Source of the DNA: Nitrospirota bacterium
GTDB taxonomy: Bacteria > Nitrospirota > Thermodesulfovibrionia > Thermodesulfovibrionales > UBA9159
Reading direction: 5' to 3'
Assembly: GCA_037441365.1 (NCBI GenBank)
Contig: JBBISG010000004.1
Span: forward strand, 1-62,841
DNA: 62,841 bases
Made by a program: the position numbers and the translations under genes. The notes beneath the pieces are model-generated. The model was given only the letters and a program-made list of their open reading frames with translations, was not told where the DNA came from and did no database searches. This document shows positions 28,940-37,503 of this stretch, piece after piece; positions within the stretch are counted from its first letter, which is position 1; each line of letters begins with the position of its first letter.

Positions 28940-28986
28940 CTCCTCCCCTCGGCTGGGCGGTGCTTGAGGTAATGAATGGATTTTAA
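28936..28986 (+). pseudogene. csm5: probable csm5 internal-deletion remnant (16-aa mini-ORF)
   Basis: MTPPLGWAVLEVMNGF at the csm5 position; PLGW.L resembles Csm5 C-termini; ATGA overlap with the csm4 stop. Confidence 0.6.
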
Positions 28987-29524
28987 AGCTGTCTTAAAAG
29001 AGCTTTTAACTGCCTTTTATGAGCACAACATCCGTTATGCACTTATGGGTGGGTTTGCCCTTGGAGCGTGGGGAATCCCAAGAGCAACGGTGGATATAGA
29101 TTTCCTTGTGAATAGGGATGATACTGAGAAGGTTCACGGGATTATGACCGGGATGGGATATGAATGTCGCTACCGTACTGAAAATGTCTCACAGTATATA
29201 TCACCGTTTAAGATTTTCGGCGAAGTGGATTTCTTGCATGCCTTTAGAAGTGCTTCTCTGAGAATGCTCCAGAGGGCAGAAGATAAGGAAATATTCAATG
29301 GAATAAACATCAGAGTATTAAAGCCAGAAGACCTGATAGGCTTGAAGGTTCAGGCAATCGCAAATGATGAAAGAAGGAAGAATATAGAACTCTCTGACAT
29401 TGAATCACTGATGGCAGAATTCGGTAAAGGGTTGGACTGGCCTTTGATTGAAGAGTATTTTGAATTATTCGGCTTTGACGAACTGCTGAAAGAGCTTAAG
29501 GAGAGGTATGGCTCTGCTAAATGA
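28976..29524 (+). CDS. nucleotidyltransferase-fold protein (DUF6036/AbiEii-like)
   Basis: GGFAL..WG..RATVDIDFL, VDFL, EDLIGLK. Confidence 0.78.
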   Translation: MDFKAVLKELLTAFYEHNIRYALMGGFALGAWGIPRATVDIDFLVNRDDTEKVHGIMTGMGYECRYRTENVSQYISPFKIFGEVDFLHAFRSASLRMLQRAEDKEIFNGINIRVLKPEDLIGLKVQAIANDERRKNIELSDIESLMAEFGKGLDWPLIEEYFELFGFDELLKELKERYGSAK

Positions 29525-29735
29525 AAGCGAAAAAGAAGAGTTGCTGAATCTTGCAAAGTCATCTTCGCTGAAAGAGGATATGAGGCATCTATCAGAAAAC
29601 AGGCATAACCCTGTAGTTGTCAACGGGAAGATAGATATGAACCGGCTGATTACCTTTCTTACAGAGTTCAACGAGTTCATCAACCACGAGCCAAAACCTT
29701 TTAAGCCCATGATTGACAGGGAGATGAGATTATGA
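29508..29735 (+). CDS. small hypothetical protein, partner of the upstream NTase
   Basis: 75 aa, overlaps both neighbours, GGAGAGG RBS. Confidence 0.65.
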   Translation: MALLNESEKEELLNLAKSSSLKEDMRHLSENRHNPVVVNGKIDMNRLITFLTEFNEFINHEPKPFKPMIDREMRL

Positions 29736-30901
29736 GCCATATCCATGTATGTCTTGTGTCTGAGCAGCCTATACCCAATCTGACAACTGTATTGCAGTTT
29801 AAACCTGATACAGTTGTATTGCTGAAGACAAAGGAAATGGTAGAGAAGGCATCTTTTCTGGAAAAGGTTATAAAAGAAAAAGGCTTTGATGTGCATTCTG
29901 AGACAATAGAGGCTTATGATATTAACAATGTAATCAATGTAAGCGAATCCATAATCAAGAGATACAGAGACTGTAGAGTAACGCTTAACATCACAGGAGG
30001 CACAAAGATCGGCACTCTTGGGACATTTCAGGCTTTTTATACAAATGATAAAGAAATTTTTTATGTCGATACAAAGGACAACAAGATATTAAGCCTATCA
30101 AAAGGCACAGAACAAACTGAAATTCCTATTGATGTTAAGATTTCAATAAGTGATTACCTTGCGGTGTATGGCTTTGAAATCACCTCATATGTAAAAGATG
30201 ATGGTTACATATATGCAAGAAAAGACCTAACACATTATTTTGCACAAACTATATCATCTATGCCAAATTTCATCCCTAAACTCAACTTTGAGCTTCATCC
30301 GTATGACGAGAACTCACCATTACCAATCAATGCAAGCGTTCCAACCGATAAGAACTTGCACAAGCTTATCGTCAAGCTTCCAGGTGTGGCACTAAATGGC
30401 AAAAATGGCATAGTCATTTCTGATCATAACAGTCTGATGTATCTCAAGGGTTTTTGGTTTGAGGAGTATGTCTATATGATAGCAAAAAGTCTCAATCCTG
30501 ATGAGTTAAAACTAAATGTGAAAGGCAACTGGGTCACAAAGGCAAGGCATACCCCTAAAAATGAGTTTGACATAATGCTTTCAAAGGGTAACAGACTGTT
30601 TTGTATTTCCTGCAAGACCGCAAATCCCGATAGAAAAGTTGGGTCTCAGAAAAATGACAGATTTTTTGGGGGTAGTAGTGACGAAGATACCGAGGAGGGC
30701 ATTGGAAGGCAATTTCTTTATGAGTTGGTCTCATTGAGTGATAGGGCGCTTGGGCTTTTTGGTAAAAGGATGCTTGCATCAGCAAGACAAATTAAGGACC
30801 CTGCTGTTAGAGAAAGGGCACGGATACTAAATGTTGAACTAGTAGATGGTAAAAATATTCACACACTAAAGGAGAACTTAAAACAATGGCTGAACAGATA
30901 A
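29732..30901 (+). CDS. DUF1887 CARF + PD-(D/E)xK nuclease (Card1/Can2-like effector)
   Basis: HVCLVSEQPIPN, NITGGTK CARF motifs; GFWFEEYV, NEFDI, ISCKT nuclease motifs. Confidence 0.85.
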   Translation: MSHIHVCLVSEQPIPNLTTVLQFKPDTVVLLKTKEMVEKASFLEKVIKEKGFDVHSETIEAYDINNVINVSESIIKRYRDCRVTLNITGGTKIGTLGTFQAFYTNDKEIFYVDTKDNKILSLSKGTEQTEIPIDVKISISDYLAVYGFEITSYVKDDGYIYARKDLTHYFAQTISSMPNFIPKLNFELHPYDENSPLPINASVPTDKNLHKLIVKLPGVALNGKNGIVISDHNSLMYLKGFWFEEYVYMIAKSLNPDELKLNVKGNWVTKARHTPKNEFDIMLSKGNRLFCISCKTANPDRKVGSQKNDRFFGGSSDEDTEEGIGRQFLYELVSLSDRALGLFGKRMLASARQIKDPAVRERARILNVELVDGKNIHTLKENLKQWLNR

Positions 30902-31140
30902 CAATTGATATTAGCAGTTTATACTCATCTACCGAAACAGCAAAACTTGCAAACTTGGGAGAATACATCGAAAAAGCCCGAACCCTCGCAGGGTTGGGAA
31001 ATGATATAATCCTGACAGGCGCTGCCCCTGTCTGGCTTTACCTCAAGATCGCCCATGCCCTGCATGGCAAGGCGAGGAAGCTGATTTACAGGTCTCCTGT
31101 TACAGGTGATGTTGTAATTTTCGACCACAGTCCTGACTGA
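30886..31140 (+). CDS. csx3: Csx3/Crn3 ring nuclease family protein
   Basis: LTGAAPVWLYLKIAHALH and YRSP motifs, 84 aa, next to a CARF effector. Confidence 0.8.
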   Translation: MAEQITIDISSLYSSTETAKLANLGEYIEKARTLAGLGNDIILTGAAPVWLYLKIAHALHGKARKLIYRSPVTGDVVIFDHSPD

Positions 31141-31181
31141 TCAATAGAAATGTCTCAGGATATAAGATTACTTTCCGCCAC

Positions 31182-31400
31182 CTATTTAAGGTTCTCTAAT
31201 ATCTTTGTCTTCATCCTGTTGTATTCGTCTTCTGATACGGCCCCGATACTCTTTAGTGCCTCTAACTCTTTTAGTTTGTCGATAATTAATGCGGGTTTTT
31301 CGAGTGATTTAATCGGTTTAAGCTCGATATTTACGAACTCCGGCACAAGGCGGTACTGTCCACCAGATGCAGCATCTATACCCCAGCCAATGAGACCACG
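31182..31400 (-). pseudogene. 3' fragment of a SHOCT-domain protein gene
   Basis: Minus frame RGLIGWGIDAASGGQYRLVPEFVNIEL...DKLKELEALKSIGAVSEDEYNRMKTKILENLK*; the 5' part is missing. Confidence 0.65.
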
Positions 31401-31587
31401 AGAGTTTACATCAAGGGATTTTGCGGAGGACGACGAAAGACCTGGCTGTTATCTTAAGAAGGGAAGCAGAAAGAGATTTTATCCCCTCTATGAAAACTGG
31501 GCAGGGACAATGAGGCCATTGTGGGTCGAAGAGGTGAGAAACCTCACAAGGAGGATTATGGATGGGAAAGACCCTCTATCTGAATGA
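31399..31587 (+). pseudogene. 3' fragment of a cas1-like gene
   Basis: REFTSRDF...GCYLKKGSRKRFYPLYENW resembles Cas1 C-terminal helices; overlaps the next cas1 start. Confidence 0.55.
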
Positions 31588-32383
31588 AAACAGAGGACTC
31601 AGGGTATTGAGAGACGGTCCATCTGTCTGGATAAAATGGATGGGCAGGGCAGGGCAACGTGTGCCTGTGAGGCTTATAAGCAGGGTTGTCATCATAGGTA
31701 ATGTAAAGCTCGATTCGGGTACAATTACACTATTCACCGAAAACAATGTACCTGTCATCTTTATGAATTTCTCAGGAGAAGAGCTTGCTGTGGCAATCCC
31801 ATATAACCACAGACTTGCCAGGCATTACGAGGAGCAAAGGGTCTTTATCGAGACAAAGGAAAATTCTGAGCGATACACAAATTGGGCCAATACAAAAAGA
31901 ATGGTCATTCAGGTCGGCATGCTCAGGAGACTATTTAATAAGAAGATTGCCCATAAAATAAGGTTTGGTTTGGGAGAGGGAAACTATCAGGAACTTATCT
32001 CTCAGATGAAGCCGCCAGATGAGGATAAATGGATGGTTGTAACAGGCATCGTAAGCAACCTTTTCAGAGGTCTGATAATAGAACATCTCCTTAGGACTGA
32101 CCTCGACCCCCATCTCGGCGTGATACACAGGAGGCACAATTTCGGCCTTGCCCTTGATATCTGTTACATCATGGGTGGAGAAAGCGATATGCAGGGCCTC
32201 CAGTTCTTCAGATGTGGCAAAGACAAACCTTATATGGAAAGAAGGGGCAATGGCTGGGCAGTAACAGACACAGGCATGAAGAATATTATCCAGAGATTCG
32301 AAAACAGGCGGGAAGCACTTACCAGCATGATCGAGGGTATCATCGATGAACTCTTTGACCTGATGAGGGAGCTAAGGACATGA
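31562..32383 (+). CDS. cas1: divergent short Cas1
   Basis: TLYL, RVPVRLISRVVIIGNV, NVPVIF, LDPHLGVIH, LALD; upstream of cas2. Confidence 0.8.
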   Translation: MGKTLYLNENRGLRVLRDGPSVWIKWMGRAGQRVPVRLISRVVIIGNVKLDSGTITLFTENNVPVIFMNFSGEELAVAIPYNHRLARHYEEQRVFIETKENSERYTNWANTKRMVIQVGMLRRLFNKKIAHKIRFGLGEGNYQELISQMKPPDEDKWMVVTGIVSNLFRGLIIEHLLRTDLDPHLGVIHRRHNFGLALDICYIMGGESDMQGLQFFRCGKDKPYMERRGNGWAVTDTGMKNIIQRFENRREALTSMIEGIIDELFDLMRELRT

Positions 32384-32658
32384 AGTCCCCATATCTTGTA
32401 TGCTATGATATTGCTGAACCGGGGAGGCTTGCGAGAGTATTACGGTTTATGAAAGGCAGAGGTATACACCTTCAGTATTCTGTCTTTCATTGCTCATTAA
32501 CATGGCCTGAACTCGTGAAATTGAAGGAAAGATTAAATGCCCTCATTAACCACAGGGAGGATGATGTGAGAATCTATCCATTGCCATCTGATTGTAAGGT
32601 AATCGTCATGGGCTGTGGCGACAGGGTGCCCGAGGGTGTAAATATTTACTTAGAGTGA
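32380..32658 (+). CDS. cas2: Cas2
   Basis: YLVCYDI, LQYSVF, DDVRIYPL. Confidence 0.95.
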   Translation: MKSPYLVCYDIAEPGRLARVLRFMKGRGIHLQYSVFHCSLTWPELVKLKERLNALINHREDDVRIYPLPSDCKVIVMGCGDRVPEGVNIYLE

Positions 32659-32661
32659 CAG

Positions 32662-33633
32662 ATGATTATCAGGTATCAGAGGTTAACTTTTCTTATCGAG
32701 GCAATAGAGCCGCTTATAATGCCTTACTATAAGGGTTCGACCTTCAGGGGCGGCTTTGGCAATGCCTTCAAGAGGGTTGTATGTGCATTGAAAAAAAAGG
32801 AATGCAAGGAATGTCTTTTGAGGCCTAAATGTGTATATGCCTATATCTTCGAGACTTCACCACCGATGGATGCGGATGTAATGAACATGAAGAAATATGA
32901 GTCAATCCCTCATCCATTCATCATTGAACCGCCTCTTGAGACTGACAGGGTATATAAGTCAGAAGAAAAGGCATCATTTAATCTCGTTCTTCTGGGAAGG
33001 GCGATTGATTATCTGCCTTACTTTATCTTTACCTTTGATGAACTCGGCAGGTCAGGCATCGGGAAAGGCAGGGGCAGGTACAGATTACTCGAAGTGACAG
33101 CCGATAGTAAAACAGTTTATTCGTCTGATGATAAAACCATCAGAAACTCTGATTCGGATGAACTTAACATCCCGGAGGACTTTGATTCTGGATCAGGCCC
33201 GGAGCGGCTGATAACTTTGAGGTTTCTCACACCTGCAAGGATTCAGTACAGAAGAGACCTCGTGGTTGACCTCGAATTCCATATCCTGATAAGGAGCCTT
33301 CTCCGAAGACTCTGCCTGCTAAATTATTTTCATTGTGAAAAAAGAGAACTCACATGGGACCACAAACGATTAATAAATGAAGCAGAAAAGGTAACAATTG
33401 AGGACAGCTCTCTGAAGTGGTGGGACTGGAAGAGGTATTCAGCAAGGCAGGGAGTGAGGATGAAAATGGGTGGACTGGTAGGCAGCATAACATATAGAGG
33501 AAATCTGGAGCCCTTTTTACCTATCCTTAAAGCTGGTGAAGTGTTGCACGTAGGAAAAGGTACAAGCTTTGGACTGGGGAAATATGAAAAGGGCACCCCA
33601 AAAAGTCAGAGACTTTTTGGGGACCCCGGTTAG
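32662..33633 (+). CDS. cas6: Cas6 crRNA-processing RAMP
   Basis: GSTFRGGFG, Cys4 insert, PHPFII, GIGKGRG, HVGKGTSFGLG G-loop. Confidence 0.92.
   Translation: MIIRYQRLTFLIEAIEPLIMPYYKGSTFRGGFGNAFKRVVCALKKKECKECLLRPKCVYAYIFETSPPMDADVMNMKKYESIPHPFIIEPPLETDRVYKSEEKASFNLVLLGRAIDYLPYFIFTFDELGRSGIGKGRGRYRLLEVTADSKTVYSSDDKTIRNSDSDELNIPEDFDSGSGPERLITLRFLTPARIQYRRDLVVDLEFHILIRSLLRRLCLLNYFHCEKRELTWDHKRLINEAEKVTIEDSSLKWWDWKRYSARQGVRMKMGGLVGSITYRGNLEPFLPILKAGEVLHVGKGTSFGLGKYEKGTPKSQRLFGDPG
33591..33627 (+). repeat. REP-like palindromic element copy forming the cas6 3' end
   Basis: GGGCACCCCAAAAAGTCAGAGACTTTTTGGGGACCCC encodes [12 protein letters not shown]. Confidence 0.9.
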
Positions 33634-33706
33634 GATAAGAAGCAGAAATTGACTTTGAGAGACATATGGCATATTATCTAATTAAGACGTGGCTCTGCAA
33701 ATGAAA

Positions 33707-34687
33707 CTATTGACTGGTATGAAAAATTAAAGAGGTTAGAAACTCCCTGTTCTCTATGTACCAGTTAACTGTATTCTTTATTCCCTCTTCGATGCTCACG
33801 GTGGGTGACCAGTTCAATAATTCCTTTGACTTCTCTATGTCTGCCCATGTGGCAGGGACATCGGCAGGATGACGCTCAAGCCATTCAATATCGGCCTTCT
33901 TTCCGAGGTTCTCCTCTATGAGGTTGATCACATACATAAGCTCTACGGGGTTGTCATTGCCCAGGTTGAAGATCTCATAGCCGAAGGGCTTGAGACACCT
34001 CAATGTCCCCTCTGCTATATCATCGATGTAGGTAAAGTCCCTCTTCTGTTTCCCATCACCATACACAGGGATTGTCCTACCTGCATCTATATTCTTAATG
34101 AATTTGAAGTAGCTCATATCCGGTCTTCCAGCCGGGCCATATACTGTGAAATACCTCGGTATGGTGATGTCTATACCATAAAGGTAATGGTATGTGTAGC
34201 ACAGGGTCTCAGCAGCCTTTTTTGTGGCCGAATAGGGGGCAAGGGGGTGGTCTGTATTGTCAGACTCTTTGAATGGCACAGCGTTGAGCCCGTATATGCT
34301 TGATGTAGAGGCAAGTACAAATTTATTTATTCCAAACTCCCTGCAGCACTCAAGGAGATTGAGCGTGCCCTTTACATTTGTATCGAGATAAACCCAGGGG
34401 TCTTCCACAGATGCCCTTACACCAGCCCTTGCAGCAAGGTTTATGACCGCATCTATCTTATAGTTGGCAAAGATCGTCCTGACCTCATTAAAATCGCCTA
34501 TATCAATATGGTGGAAAGTAAAATCATTGTTAACCATTAATTCTTTAAGTCTCCATTCCTTCAGACGGGGATCGTAATAGTCATTCATGTTGTCTATGCC
34601 GATGACAGAGATGCCAGAGTCGAAAAGCTTCCTTGACACCATCCAGCCGATAAAGCCTGCGCAACCTGTTACCAGAATAGTCTTCAT
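33707..34687 (-). CDS. NAD-dependent epimerase (UDP-glucuronate 4-epimerase-like)
   Basis: TGCAGFIG, LAARAGVR, YSATK, FTVYGPAGRPDM. Confidence 0.9.
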   Translation of the reverse strand: MKTILVTGCAGFIGWMVSRKLFDSGISVIGIDNMNDYYDPRLKEWRLKELMVNNDFTFHHIDIGDFNEVRTIFANYKIDAVINLAARAGVRASVEDPWVYLDTNVKGTLNLLECCREFGINKFVLASTSSIYGLNAVPFKESDNTDHPLAPYSATKKAAETLCYTYHYLYGIDITIPRYFTVYGPAGRPDMSYFKFIKNIDAGRTIPVYGDGKQKRDFTYIDDIAEGTLRCLKPFGYEIFNLGNDNPVELMYVINLIEENLGKKADIEWLERHPADVPATWADIEKSKELLNWSPTVSIEEGIKNTVNWYIENREFLTSLIFHTSQ

Positions 34688-34866
34688 TCATCCTCCATTC
34701 GTAGAGCAAAAATCCTTCAATGATTCCTGATGCAAGATGCGTGATGTTCAATAAATTAGAGCCCCTATCCTGTATCCTGCATCAGGCATCCAATCCCTTC
34801 ATTATTTTACGGTTTCCTTCTAAGTTTTGCTATAATAGAACGATTTTAGAAAAAGGGATTCAGGAG

Positions 34867-35961
34867 ATGAAGGCACTAATCTTAAGCGGCGGTAAAGGGA
34901 CAAGACTGAGACCTCTCACATACACAACAGCAAAACAGCTCGTCCCTGTTGCGAACAGGCCGATCCTTGGCTATGTCATCGAACACATAAGGGATGCCGG
35001 CATAAAGGATGTGGGTGTGATCATATCCCCTGAAACAGGCGATGAGGTGAAGGGTTTTATTGATGGAGGGAGGAGATGGGGGATAAGGGTCACATTTATA
35101 CAGCAGGCTGAGCCCCTCGGGCTTGCCCATGCTGTAATGACTGCCAGGGATTTTCTGAAGGATGAAGACTTCATAATGTATCTTGGAGACAACCTCCTGA
35201 GCCATGGGGTTAAGGATGCGGTGAGAAGATTCTCCGAGCTCAGGCAGGCTCAAAAAGGCAGAGGGAGGTCTTTGCAGGCACTGATATTCCTGAAAGAGGT
35301 CGATGACCCGAGGCAGTTCGGGGTTGCAGAGCTCGATTCGAGGGGCAATATCATGAGGTTAATCGAAAAACCTGAAAGGCCTCCTTCAAACCTTGCCCTT
35401 GTCGGCGTCTACATCTTTTCAATGGAGATACACGATGCAATCTCACGGATAAAGCCGTCCTTCAGGGGAGAGCTTGAGATAACGGATGCGATACAGGAGC
35501 TGATCAATATGGGATATAAGGTAAAGAGTGAAATACTCGATGGCTGGTGGCTCGATACAGGCAAAAAGGATGACCTCCTCCAGGCAAACACAGTCGTGCT
35601 CGATGAGTATATAAAACGTAATATCAAGGGCTCTGTGGATGCGAGGAGTCGGATAACAGGCAGGGTCACAGTCGAAGATGGAGCTGTTATAAGAGAGAGC
35701 ACCATAAGGGGGCCTGCCATCATAGGCAGAGATGCAGAGGTCGAAAACTCATTTATCGGCCCATTTACGAGCATCGGTGAAGGTGTCCATATCAAGGGTT
35801 CGGTTATAGAGCATTCCGTCATACTCAGCAATGCCTTCATCTCAGGCATCGAGAGGCTCGAGGACAGCCTTGTAGGGAAAAATACAAAGATCATCAGGAA
35901 TGACACGCACCACAAGGCCCTCAGGCTCATGGTCGGAGATGACTCTGTGGTAGAGGTGTAG
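34867..35961 (+). CDS. rfbA: glucose-1-phosphate thymidylyltransferase (long form)
   Basis: LSGGKGTRLRPLT, KQLVPVAN, RGELEITD; ATG 34867 after AGGAG. Confidence 0.92.
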   Translation: MKALILSGGKGTRLRPLTYTTAKQLVPVANRPILGYVIEHIRDAGIKDVGVIISPETGDEVKGFIDGGRRWGIRVTFIQQAEPLGLAHAVMTARDFLKDEDFIMYLGDNLLSHGVKDAVRRFSELRQAQKGRGRSLQALIFLKEVDDPRQFGVAELDSRGNIMRLIEKPERPPSNLALVGVYIFSMEIHDAISRIKPSFRGELEITDAIQELINMGYKVKSEILDGWWLDTGKKDDLLQANTVVLDEYIKRNIKGSVDARSRITGRVTVEDGAVIRESTIRGPAIIGRDAEVENSFIGPFTSIGEGVHIKGSVIEHSVILSNAFISGIERLEDSLVGKNTKIIRNDTHHKALRLMVGDDSVVEV

Positions 35962-36420
35962 ATGTTTAAAGGCGGAGAGATAGAGGGGGTATCGATAAAA
36001 AAACTAAAACAGCACCATGATAGTCGTGGATGGCTCTCCGAGGTCTTCAGGGCCGATGAGCTCGGCGATTACAGACCTGAGATGGGTTATATATCAGTCA
36101 CCTTCCCCGGCATCGCAAGGGGTCCTCACGAGCATAAAGACCAGACAGACTACTTCTGCTTCCTCGGCCCCTTCACCCTTTATCTATGGGACAACAGAGA
36201 GGATTCACCGACCTACCGAAACAGGATGGTCGTCTACAATGCTGATAAACTGATAGTGGTCGTTCCCCCCGGTGTTGTCCATGCCTATAAGAATTCAGGG
36301 GATTCGGACGGGATAGTCCTTAATTTTCCTGACAGACTGTACGCCGGCTGGGGAAGAAAGGAAAAGGTGGACGAGGTTAGGTATGAAAACGATCCTGAAA
36401 CACCATTCAGGGTGGAATGA
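35962..36420 (+). CDS. rfbC: dTDP-4-dehydrorhamnose 3,5-epimerase family
   Basis: DSRGWLSE, RGPHEH, PPGVVHAY; lies between rfbA and rfbB. Confidence 0.85.
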   Translation: MFKGGEIEGVSIKKLKQHHDSRGWLSEVFRADELGDYRPEMGYISVTFPGIARGPHEHKDQTDYFCFLGPFTLYLWDNREDSPTYRNRMVVYNADKLIVVVPPGVVHAYKNSGDSDGIVLNFPDRLYAGWGRKEKVDEVRYENDPETPFRVE

Positions 36421-37424
36421 TGAATGTTCTCGTTACAGGCGGCTGCGGTTTCATAGGCTCTAATTTCATCAGGCATATCCTGAAAAGATATCCTGACTGC
36501 AGGGTTATAAATCTCGATGACCTCACATATGCAGGGAATTTAGATAATCTGAGAGATATTAAAGAGGGCGACAGATACACCTTTGTGAAAGGAAGGGTAG
36601 AGAATGCAGCCCTCGTAAAAGATGTAATAAAGGGCATTGACGCTGTTGTCCACTTTGCGGCAGAAAGCCATGTTGACAGGTCTATTGTTGATGCACAGCC
36701 GTTTCTGATCACAAATGTTGTGGGGACTTATGTGATGCTCGAGGCATCGAGAAATGCATCAATCAAAAGATTTATCCATATCTCAACAGATGAGGTTTAT
36801 GGAAGCCTCGGAGATACAGGGAAATTTAAAGAAGACACACCACTCAGGCCAAACTCTCCCTACTCTGCATCAAAGGCATCGGCTGACATGCTCGTAAGGG
36901 CATATCATGAGACATACGGCTTCCCTGCGATAATTGTGAGGCCGTCCAACAATTACGGCCCTTATCAATTCCCCGAGAAGTTCATACCGCTTATGATCAC
37001 AAATCTCCTCGATGACAGACCGATCCCTGTCTATGGTGAAGGCAGAAATATCAGGGACTGGCTCTATGTCGAGGACAACTGCCGTGCAATTGACCTCGTC
37101 CTCCGCAAGGGCAGGGCAGGAGAGATATATAATGTCGGCGGTAATGCCGAGATGAGGAATATCGAGATAGCGAAGATGGTCATAGGGATCATGGGGAAGA
37201 GCGAGGATCTGATAGCCTTTGTTAAGGACAGGCCAGGGCATGATTACAGGTACGCTCTGGACAATTCAAAGATAGAAAGTGAACTTGGCTGGGGCCCCTC
37301 TTTAGACATAGAGGCAGGGATCAGGAAGACGATTGATTGGTATAAAGACCACCAGTGGTGGTGGAGACCGCTGAAAGAGAGGCTATCCTTCGAGACCAGG
37401 GGATTCTGGACAGACACAGGATAG
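36417..37424 (+). CDS. rfbB: dTDP-glucose 4,6-dehydratase
   Basis: FAAESHVDRSI, STDEVYG, YSASK, DRPGHD.RY. Confidence 0.96.
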   Translation: MMNVLVTGGCGFIGSNFIRHILKRYPDCRVINLDDLTYAGNLDNLRDIKEGDRYTFVKGRVENAALVKDVIKGIDAVVHFAAESHVDRSIVDAQPFLITNVVGTYVMLEASRNASIKRFIHISTDEVYGSLGDTGKFKEDTPLRPNSPYSASKASADMLVRAYHETYGFPAIIVRPSNNYGPYQFPEKFIPLMITNLLDDRPIPVYGEGRNIRDWLYVEDNCRAIDLVLRKGRAGEIYNVGGNAEMRNIEIAKMVIGIMGKSEDLIAFVKDRPGHDYRYALDNSKIESELGWGPSLDIEAGIRKTIDWYKDHQWWWRPLKERLSFETRGFWTDTG

Positions 37425-37503
37425 AGCCTGATTTCTCGCAAATCCTTTACCTTTTTATATACAATCTGCCATAATATGCAATATTTCATTGTTGGAGGAG
37501 CGA

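Noticed and set aside
31146..31166. Possible third operator (AAATGTCTCAGGATAT)
   Set aside because: Only a partial half-site match, not palindromic, and no matching promoter geometry.
31150..31587. 145-aa plus-strand ORF as a real gene
   Set aside because: Better explained as the antisense of a SHOCT gene tail fused to a cas1 tail.
21500..33700. CRISPR array near the cas genes, including the ~36-bp palindrome as a candidate repeat
   Set aside because: No regularly spaced repeat-spacer units. The palindrome copies are kilobases apart, also occur outside the locus and lack a typical GAAAC/ATTGAAA end.
34720..34866. N-terminal extension of rfbA
   Set aside because: Composed of microrepeats and promoter sequence; the conserved start MKALIL follows an SD at 34867.
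34867..37424. rfbD missing from the rfbACB cluster
   Set aside because: rfbD is often encoded elsewhere, so this cannot be judged from one window.
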